Below are positions 57,107 through 64,000 of a stretch of DNA of 64,000 nt, piece after piece; the first letter of the stretch is position 1; every line of letters starts with the position of its first letter. Below the pieces are notes generated by a model. It had not been told where the DNA came from. It saw only the letters and a program-made list of their open reading frames with translations, and did no database searches. The DNA comes from Candidatus Omnitrophota bacterium. GTDB lineage: Bacteria; Omnitrophota; Gorgyraeia; 2-01-FULL-45-10. The stretch is taken from contig CAIMPC010000007.1 of NCBI GenBank assembly GCA_903843285.1, forward strand, positions 92,730-156,729, read 5' to 3'. The translations under genes were made by a program, and so were the position numbers.

Positions 57107-57996
57107 CATTGCCCGTTCGGGTATTGATAACGTTTGATATCCACGCAGCAGCAGGTGCTGTCGCTGACGTGCGGCTCTGGGTCAGAGAAACCCTGTATTT
57201 CCTTGAATCACTTTCTATAAAAGCCACATTCTTTATCCCGGCTGTCTTTGCCGAGCAGATACCCGAAGAGGTGCGGATGATAGTAGGGAGGGGCCATGAG
57301 GTAGGATGCCACGGCATGACCCACGGGCCCGATGAAGAGTATAATTTGCTACCCTATGAGAGACAAAAGGCCTTTCTTAGCGAAGCGAAAAGTAGGATAG
57401 AAGCAGTGACAGGCCAGGAGATTGTATCTTTCAGGGCACCGGCGTTCAAGCTTAATGGTGACACGATAATGGCGCTGGAGAATACGGGTTTTAAGGCGGA
57501 TCTATCGGTCACGTCCCAAAGGCTCGGCATATTGAGCTCAGAGGTTTCGAATTTAGGGTGGCTATATTCACCCAGGAGTCCCTATCATCCGGATCATCGT
57601 AACCCATTTAAAAAAGGAGAGTCAACTCTTTGGGAGATACCGCAGTCCTCCCTTATTCTTCTCTTCTCATCAAACCTTATAATGGCTTTCGGTGGATTCT
57701 TTATTAAATTATTCTTCAAACTTCTTTTGGCTGAATCGCGCCTTAGAAAGAACCCGATCGTTTATATGACGCATCCGGAAGAGATCTATCCTCGCGATAA
57801 GAAATATGCATACAAATTCCAATGGAGGCATTTATTACCCTCTAAGAAAGACGGGTTTATATTGAGATATATATTTCTCCATAATAAGGACGCCAAGAAA
57901 ATATCTCAGCATAATGTCAGTTTAATAAAGTTTATAAAAGCTTCAAAAAACGTGAATTTCGTAACTGCGAAAGAAATGGTAGAAATACTGAAATAA
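57103..57996 (+). CDS. polysaccharide deacetylase (NodB-homology) family protein
   Basis: VLITFDIH...ATFFIPAVFAEQ...HEVGCHGMTHG NodB motifs. Confidence 0.7.
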   Translation: MTLPVRVLITFDIHAAAGAVADVRLWVRETLYFLESLSIKATFFIPAVFAEQIPEEVRMIVGRGHEVGCHGMTHGPDEEYNLLPYERQKAFLSEAKSRIEAVTGQEIVSFRAPAFKLNGDTIMALENTGFKADLSVTSQRLGILSSEVSNLGWLYSPRSPYHPDHRNPFKKGESTLWEIPQSSLILLFSSNLIMAFGGFFIKLFFKLLLAESRLRKNPIVYMTHPEEIYPRDKKYAYKFQWRHLLPSKKDGFILRYIFLHNKDAKKISQHNVSLIKFIKASKNVNFVTAKEMVEILK

Positions 57997-58029
57997 CATA
58001 TAATGCAGCCGTTGCTTACCTTCCGATGT

Positions 58030-58053
58030 GAACACCCAATGCGAACACCCAAT
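58030..58053. repeat. tandem direct repeat, 2 x GAACACCCAAT separated by GC
   Basis: Read directly from the sequence in the 170-bp intergenic gap, about 115 nt upstream of ATG 58167. Confidence 0.6.
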
Positions 58054-58166
58054 ATACGTTGCTTTTCCAATTTGGCTATGTTAAAATCTGTGCAAATAAT
58101 ATATCGAAGATGGTATGCTCATAAACAAGTGTGTATTTTAGTAGCTTAAGGGAATATATTTAAAAT

Positions 58167-59609
58167 ATGAAAATTTTATTCATTCTAAAAGAATCTGTGA
58201 TGAATGAGCGGCTAGGCATAATGTGTTTAAGCGCCTCGCTAAAAGCTCAAGGCTTTAAGACGAGGCTTGCAATATGCGATACTTTAGGTATTAAAAAAAT
58301 CAAGGAATTGATAAACGAATATAAGCCGGAAGTCGTAGGGTATAGCGTAATGACCGGTGAACATATTAAATTGTTAGAGGTCAATAGGATCCTTAAGAAA
58401 GAATTTAAATTTATTTCGGTGTTTGGCGGTCCCCATGCAACTTTTTTTCCGGATTTAATTAATGAAGATGGTGTAGACGCAATTTGCGTAGGTGAGGGTG
58501 ATGTGGCGTTTACGGAATTCTGTAAAAGAGTCTCAGAGGGCAAAGACTTTTGGAGTGCGCCAAATTTTTTAGTTAAACATGGTGGGAAAGTTATTGAGAA
58601 CGAGGTCCTGCCATTGGTTGAAAATTTAGATACCCTGCCGCTTCCTGACAGGGATATCATGTATCGGGCGGATCGCGCTCTATATAATGGGGGCGGCAAG
58701 ATATTTACTTCATCTCGAGGATGTCCTTATCATTGTACATATTGTTTTAACAGCAAGTATAATGATCTGTATAAAAATAAGGGCTCGGTGGTGCGTTATC
58801 GTTCTCCCGAGAACTTAATTGCCGAGATCTGTGCCGTTATAGAGAACTATCCGGTTAATGTAGTTTCGATAGTTGACGATACTTTTATAGCAAAGCCAAA
58901 AGAATGGTTTGTTCGATTTGTAAAACTTTATAAAGAAAAGGTAAAACCGCCGTTCAGTATTAATGTACGGGCTAATCTGGTAAATGAGGAGATCATCTCC
59001 CTGCTGAAAGATGGCGGCCTGACTTCAGCATTGATCGGGATAGAATGCGGCAACCAAGAAATAGCCAACTCCGTCCTGAAGCGCAATCTTACTAACGAAC
59101 AGATTATTAATGCATGCAGTATTATAAAAAAATATAATATAAAACTCATGACTCTGAGTCTCATAGGCCTTCCGGTGCAAGACAGTTATTCGGTTGATCT
59201 GGAAACGCTCGACCTGAATATTAAAATTAAACCTACATTTGCGTTGTCTTCAATCCTCTATCCTTATCCGGGTACGCCTATCGAATCTTACGCGAGAGAT
59301 AATGGCTTATTATCAGAAAAGACACCTATTCTAGAGACGAATAAACGCGCTTCAGTGTTTAAATTTTCTGACACGGAAAAGAAAAAAATTACTAATCTTC
59401 ATAAATTGTTCGGCTTGATCGTGCGTTTACCGTTTCTTCGGAAATACACTGATTTTTTATGCGTCCTGCCATTAACTTTTCTATATGTCATGCTCTTCTA
59501 TTTTTGGTACGGATATAATATGAAGTTTATATTTTACCCTTTCCTTTCCCTTAGAAAAGAATTTTTCCATTATGTGTCTTTGTGGTATAGATTTCTTTGG
59601 AAGACGTAG
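58167..59609 (+). CDS. cobalamin-binding (class B) radical SAM protein
   Basis: B12-domain motif VFGGPHATFFP. SRGCPYHCTYC motif. Close paralog of 7188. Confidence 0.8.
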   Translation: MKILFILKESVMNERLGIMCLSASLKAQGFKTRLAICDTLGIKKIKELINEYKPEVVGYSVMTGEHIKLLEVNRILKKEFKFISVFGGPHATFFPDLINEDGVDAICVGEGDVAFTEFCKRVSEGKDFWSAPNFLVKHGGKVIENEVLPLVENLDTLPLPDRDIMYRADRALYNGGGKIFTSSRGCPYHCTYCFNSKYNDLYKNKGSVVRYRSPENLIAEICAVIENYPVNVVSIVDDTFIAKPKEWFVRFVKLYKEKVKPPFSINVRANLVNEEIISLLKDGGLTSALIGIECGNQEIANSVLKRNLTNEQIINACSIIKKYNIKLMTLSLIGLPVQDSYSVDLETLDLNIKIKPTFALSSILYPYPGTPIESYARDNGLLSEKTPILETNKRASVFKFSDTEKKKITNLHKLFGLIVRLPFLRKYTDFLCVLPLTFLYVMLFYFWYGYNMKFIFYPFLSLRKEFFHYVSLWYRFLWKT

Positions 59610-59883
59610 GTATCCTCAGGTCACCCTCGCAGATTCCTGTCCAGGCTTCTGCATGAGATGGCCTCAGAGATATGATGCGGTTGTGTAACTTTTTTTTGAC
59701 CAGATCCGCGATCGTGCGTGATATTTTCAGCAGTTTATCGCATAGCGCCAAGATGCCCAGCTCTAAGATCGCAAGTTCAAGTAACTACCCGCTATCTTTA
59801 TCTTTTATATTATTAACAAACGAAGTAGGTGGTTCTCGAGATTAATATTAGAACGGTTATATAAATGGCCACGGAGTAAAGCT

Positions 59884-60750
59884 ATGGTAAAGAAAATATT
59901 AATGACTATTGTGATCCTGATCTCTATGCTATTACTAGTCGAGATTGCCGCCAGAGTTAAGTTATCACTGCAAACAAACAATTATAGATACCTTATCTAC
60001 TATGCGGGCATGGTCAAAACTCAGCCCGTTAATGATATTAAACATTGGTTACAGCCGATCAGGTTCAAAAAAGGTGATAATAAAAATAGAAAAGTAATAA
60101 TGATCGGTACTTCTGTTATAGCGAGAATCTCAGATGACTTGAAAGCTTTGCTGATAAAAGATGGATGGCACGAATTCAACTCAATCGGCGCTAAGCAGCA
60201 ATCGATTGAAGTCGAATACGGAGACAATTCAGTAATAATTATGGAAACTATGATTTTGCCGGCAATATATAATGATTTCTTTGGTATTAGAAACGGCATT
60301 AAAAAGTTTTTAGGGACGCCATTATATACAAACCTATATCAAAACTCGGTATTTTTTTTAATACTAAGTGAAAAAATGACCGGTGCAGTTTCTTTTTCTG
60401 CAAAATCTAAGCAGGAATTTATCGAAGAGAGCTTGCCTGTATATGAAGAAACTTTTAAGAATATTCAGAAATCAGATGCAAAGATCCTTCTTGTGAACTT
60501 TCCAAATCGTTTTTTGGAAAATGGGCAAAAAGCTTTTGGAGTACATTGCGGGGAAGTCGCAGATATGGCAACAACTGCGCTGCGTACCCTGGTCGACAAA
60601 TATTCAATTCCCTACCTGGATATATACACTTTATATAACAAAAATTTCGGCCGGGAAGATTATGAGGACGATTTTCACTTAAATAAAAACGGGGCTAAAA
60701 AAGCGGCTATTTATATACGTGAAGCGCTCAAAGCCATTACCAAAAATTAA
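59884..60750 (+). CDS. hypothetical protein with N-terminal signal/anchor; possible partner of the downstream MBOAT (AlgJ/DltD-like role)
   Basis: N-terminal hydrophobic segment MVKKILMTIVILISMLLLVEIAA. Lies immediately upstream of the MBOAT gene with a 2-nt gap. No catalytic motif recognised. Confidence 0.3.
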   Translation: MVKKILMTIVILISMLLLVEIAARVKLSLQTNNYRYLIYYAGMVKTQPVNDIKHWLQPIRFKKGDNKNRKVIMIGTSVIARISDDLKALLIKDGWHEFNSIGAKQQSIEVEYGDNSVIIMETMILPAIYNDFFGIRNGIKKFLGTPLYTNLYQNSVFFLILSEKMTGAVSFSAKSKQEFIEESLPVYEETFKNIQKSDAKILLVNFPNRFLENGQKAFGVHCGEVADMATTALRTLVDKYSIPYLDIYTLYNKNFGREDYEDDFHLNKNGAKKAAIYIREALKAITKN

Positions 60751-60752
60751 GC

Positions 60753-62141
60753 ATGTTATTTAACTCCCTTACATTTGCGGTTTTTTTTATTATTGTTCTA
60801 ACGCTTTATAATGCGCTGAGCAAATATTATAAGTTACAAAATTATTTGTTGCTCATAGCCAGTTATATTTTTTACGGATGCTGGAACTGGAAATTTTTAT
60901 TTCTTATATCTTTTTCAATTATTTTTGATTATTTTGCTGCCGTATTTATAGATTCTGAAAAACTGCCGGCTAAACGAAAGCTTTTCCTCGCCCTAAGTAT
61001 TCTTGTAAATTTAGGGCTGCTTGGTTTTTTTAAATATTATAATTTCTTTACACAAAGCTTTGTCACCCTGCTGCAAAACATAGGACTAAGCTCTAATTTC
61101 GACACATTGAACATCCTGCTTCCGATCGGTATTTCATTCTATACATTTCATTCTTTAAATTACGTTATCGACGTATATCGTGGCAAGATAAAACCGGCCA
61201 ATTCGATATTTGAGTATGCTCTTTTCGTCTCTTTCTTCCCGCAGCTTGTGGCTGGCCCTATATTACGGGCGGCTGACTTACTGCCTCAATTTCAAAAGCC
61301 AAGAGTTGTAAGCCGGTATGATTATAATCTGGGATTCTGGCTGATAATATGGGGCCTTTTTAAGAAAATTGTGATAGCCGATAATTGTGCGATAATAGCA
61401 GATGCGATATTTAAAAAAGGTGCTGTGGCCGGCGGCGGGGATATCATTATCGGCACATTACTGTTTACTTTCCAGATCTACTGCGACTTCTCCGGATATT
61501 CGGATATGGCAATAGGCCTTGGCCGTTTAATGGGATTTAAGATAGATATTAATTTTAACTTACCCTATCTTGCTCGTAATATATCCGAATTCTGGCAAAG
61601 ATGGCACATAAGCTTATCTACCTGGCTCAGGGATTATTTATATATACCGCTGGGAGGGAACCGGAACGGTAATCATAATACATACTGCAATCTTATGATT
61701 ACAATGTTATTGGGCGGCCTTTGGCATGGCGCAAACTGGACTTTTGTTATATGGGGAGGTTATCATGGCCTTGCGCTTGTCGGTCATCGTATCGCCGAGA
61801 ATAAGATAAGAGTTTGGGCGCCGATAGGTGTAGTGGCCACGTTTTGTTTGGTAAGTTTCGGTTGGCTGATTTTTAGGGCCGAATCGTTCGCTCACCTGAA
61901 AGAAATGATGTCCGTGATTTCTAATGGGTTTTTGATCAAAAGGGCCTACCCGGGCATAAACGAGTTATTATTCTATATAGTGTTTCTGATCGTTTTTCAG
62001 GTAATACAGTATAAGAAAAAAAATTTGTATTTTATCGCCGAAACAGGTAATTTTAAAATATTTTTTTATTCGCTTATCGTAATATTCATTTTTTTAAGTG
62101 GTAATTTCACCGCGCATCAGTTCATATATTTTCAGTTTTGA
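60753..62141 (+). CDS. membrane-bound O-acyltransferase (MBOAT; AlgI/DltB family)
   Basis: Polytopic. FFPQLVAGPILRA and WQRWHISLSTWLRDYLYIPLGG blocks carry the conserved MBOAT His. Confidence 0.8.
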   Translation: MLFNSLTFAVFFIIVLTLYNALSKYYKLQNYLLLIASYIFYGCWNWKFLFLISFSIIFDYFAAVFIDSEKLPAKRKLFLALSILVNLGLLGFFKYYNFFTQSFVTLLQNIGLSSNFDTLNILLPIGISFYTFHSLNYVIDVYRGKIKPANSIFEYALFVSFFPQLVAGPILRAADLLPQFQKPRVVSRYDYNLGFWLIIWGLFKKIVIADNCAIIADAIFKKGAVAGGGDIIIGTLLFTFQIYCDFSGYSDMAIGLGRLMGFKIDINFNLPYLARNISEFWQRWHISLSTWLRDYLYIPLGGNRNGNHNTYCNLMITMLLGGLWHGANWTFVIWGGYHGLALVGHRIAENKIRVWAPIGVVATFCLVSFGWLIFRAESFAHLKEMMSVISNGFLIKRAYPGINELLFYIVFLIVFQVIQYKKKNLYFIAETGNFKIFFYSLIVIFIFLSGNFTAHQFIYFQF

Positions 62142-62243
62142 TCTTAGCAAGCTCGATATGCAGTAGGACTGTTCCTTACGCAGAACCCCCCTTATAGTCT
62201 TGCATATAACCTATCATTATAATATAATTGGTACCTTATAATT

Positions 62244-63062
62244 ATGGATACTGTTAAAGACACTAAAGATACATATAGTCTGCTCTGGAGAGAGAGTGGT
62301 GCTTCCATTCCTCAAAGATGGCATTATAATGCCATGCAGGAGGTCATTCCTGAGTCTATCGTGCGGGGCAGAATTGGCATAGAGATCGGTTCGGGATGCG
62401 GATATGATACTTACATAATGGCAAAGGGAAATCCCTCCGTAAGGTTCATAAGCATCGATATAAGCGATGGTATTTTCAATACAGGCCGGATCACTAAGGG
62501 CCTGGGTAATGTAATGGCCATGAAGTGCTCTGCGCTTGAAATAGCTGTCAAGTCGTCCACTCTCGACTTTGCCTATTCATTCGGGGTGCTGCACCACACT
62601 CCGGACCCGAAAAAAGGGTTGATGGAGATTTCGAGAGTCTTAAAAAAAGGATCTCCCGCGTTTATTTATCTGTACGAAGACCATTCCGAGAATGCGATAA
62701 AACACGTTTCGCTGAAACTCGTAACCGGTGTAAGGCGGGTCACCACTTGTATGCCAAAAAAAGTCCTTTTTGCCCTTTCGTGGGCGCTCTCGCCGCTCGT
62801 TTATGTCGTCTTTACGTTGCCGTCGAAGGTAATGAAGAATTTTAAGGCTACAAAGAATATCGCGTCAAATATGCCGTTTAATTTTGGAACAGGCCCTTTT
62901 TCCTTAACCGGGGATCTCTATGACAGGTTTGGAGCCCCGGTCGAATACAGGTTCAGCAGAAAAGATATGAGCGACCTGTTTATCGAATGTGGTTTTTCCG
63001 ATATTCATATCACCAGGCTGCATGACACGGCGGGCTGGGTAGCATGGGGACGTAAAATCTGA
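62244..63062 (+). CDS. class I SAM-dependent methyltransferase
   Basis: GIEIGSGCGYDT motif I. FAYSFGVLHHTPDP motif. Confidence 0.65.
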   Translation: MDTVKDTKDTYSLLWRESGASIPQRWHYNAMQEVIPESIVRGRIGIEIGSGCGYDTYIMAKGNPSVRFISIDISDGIFNTGRITKGLGNVMAMKCSALEIAVKSSTLDFAYSFGVLHHTPDPKKGLMEISRVLKKGSPAFIYLYEDHSENAIKHVSLKLVTGVRRVTTCMPKKVLFALSWALSPLVYVVFTLPSKVMKNFKATKNIASNMPFNFGTGPFSLTGDLYDRFGAPVEYRFSRKDMSDLFIECGFSDIHITRLHDTAGWVAWGRKI

Positions 63063-64000
63063 TGCTTAAAAATGAAAATATAATATGTATCTCCTCCATA
63101 GACTGGGACTTTATATGGCAGGGCCATCAGGAGATCATGTCGGCGTTTGCGAAGAACGGCAACAGGGTGCTCTTTATAGAGAACACCGGAGTCAGGACCC
63201 CGAAGCTACGCGATGTCGGCAGGCTTAAGAAACGGATCTCGAACTGGCTTAAGAGTACTAAGGGTTTCAGGAAAGAGTCCGAGAATCTTTTCGTGTATTC
63301 GCCGGTTGTGCTGCCTTTTCCGTATTCAAAGATCGCCTGCTGGATTAACAGGCGATTGCTGATAGAGCCTTTGAAACGTTGGATGAAGGCCATGTCCTTC
63401 CATGACCCCATAATATGGACTTTTCTCCCGACCAATATCGCTCTCGACATAATAAATGAATTTGACGACAGGAGGCTTCTGGTATATTACGATATCGCCG
63501 ATTTTGACGTGTTGACCGATAATCCCAGGAAGCTGCGGGAGATGGAAGACCTGTTGATTAAAAAATGCGATCTTATATTCGCGCAAGGCGAGGCAATAGC
63601 CGATAAATGCAAAAAATTGAATTCAAATGTGCATATATTCCCTTTCGGTGTTAACATAAAAGTATTTGATGATTTCTTATCGAGCGCTAAAAAAGAAGAT
63701 CCTCCGGACATCTCAGGTTTTAAGCGGCCAATAATCGGGTACGTGGGAGGGATACATAAACACGTCGATCTGCCGCTGATAGGTTATATAGCCAAATGCC
63801 ATCCCGAATGGTCAGTCGTATTGGTCGGGCCTAAGCAGGTGGATACCAGAGAGCTGGATGTGATACCTAACGTATTTGCCCTGGGAAAGAAAGAATTTGG
63901 AGATCTGCCAGCATACATAAACCAATTTGACGTTTGCACTATACCGTATCTGGTATCCGATTATACCAAGACTGTTTACCCGACCAAACTTAACGAGTAT
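63062..64000 (+). CDS. glycosyltransferase family 4-like (GT-B, WcaI-like), 3'-truncated by the window edge
   Basis: ATG 63062 overlaps the upstream TGA. N-terminal ICISSIDWDFIWQGHQEI...NRVLFIE is typical of WcaI-type GT4 enzymes. The frame is open to the end of the window. Confidence 0.6.
   Translation, partial: MLKNENIICISSIDWDFIWQGHQEIMSAFAKNGNRVLFIENTGVRTPKLRDVGRLKKRISNWLKSTKGFRKESENLFVYSPVVLPFPYSKIACWINRRLLIEPLKRWMKAMSFHDPIIWTFLPTNIALDIINEFDDRRLLVYYDIADFDVLTDNPRKLREMEDLLIKKCDLIFAQGEAIADKCKKLNSNVHIFPFGVNIKVFDDFLSSAKKEDPPDISGFKRPIIGYVGGIHKHVDLPLIGYIAKCHPEWSVVLVGPKQVDTRELDVIPNVFALGKKEFGDLPAYINQFDVCTIPYLVSDYTKTVYPTKLNEY

Noticed and set aside
58066-58100. TTGGCT...TGTGCA stretch examined as a possible sigma54 (-24 GG / -12 GC) promoter
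   Set aside because: GG-to-GC spacing is 18 nt rather than the required 12, so it does not fit the sigma54 consensus.
59610-59883. 274-bp intergenic gap with a T8 run (about 59688-59696), considered as a rho-independent terminator or small RNA
   Set aside because: No convincing GC-rich stem precedes the T-run. The listed minus-strand ORF 59551-59751 overlaps the upstream gene end and has no motifs. Treated as an untranslated spacer with probable promoter elements only.
1-64000. Scan for rRNA, tRNA, CRISPR repeats, IS elements/transposases, integrases and phage genes
   Set aside because: No cloverleaf-like tRNA candidates, no regularly spaced short repeats, and no transposase, integrase or recombinase motifs in any frame. 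The window is a continuous biosynthetic locus.

Overview
The whole 64-kb window is one co-directional glycan-biosynthesis locus: about 59 CDS, all on the + strand, many with overlapping stop/start codons (ATGA), so translationally coupled operon(s). I found no rRNA, tRNA, CRISPR array or mobile element. Three sugar-activation branches are recognisable. (i) Two nonulosonic-acid (sialic-acid-like) modules, each with a NeuB-family synthase and a NeuA-family CMP-transferase; there is one NeuC-type hydrolysing 2-epimerase and one acetamidino-forming amidotransferase triad (PP-loop amidotransferase plus HisF-like and HisH-like proteins). (ii) A KdsB-like CMP-octulosonate synthetase with a HAD phosphatase. 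(iii) A GDP-heptose branch: HddA-like kinase, Gmd/DmhA-like 4,6-dehydratase, HddC-like guanylyltransferase and a ColD/E1-like 3-dehydratase with His in place of the Schiff-base Lys. Also present are a split transketolase, a PDH-E1 alpha/beta pair without E2/E3, about ten glycosyltransferases (GT9, 3x GT2, GT4, 2 GT-C-like, 3-4 sialyltransferase/KpsC-like including a GT42-like fusion), an MBOAT O-acyltransferase, two NodB deacetylases and an MsbA-like ABC exporter. The standout feature is the tailoring inventory: 8 cobalamin-binding (class B) radical SAM enzymes, 4 further radical SAM enzymes (two with SPASM/twitch-like Cys clusters) and 6 class I SAM methyltransferases interleaved with the sugar genes. 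This points to an unusually heavily C-/N-/O-alkylated glycan, probably from an anaerobe. One regulatory module is seen twice: a sigma70-like promoter (TTGACA-17-TAWWAT) followed by a 24-bp palindrome ATCGTTTA.AACGTT.T.AACGAT, upstream of the first radical SAM gene and upstream of a GbsR/COG1510-type wHTH regulator in mid-cluster. All calls rest on motif-level reading of the translations; no database search was possible.
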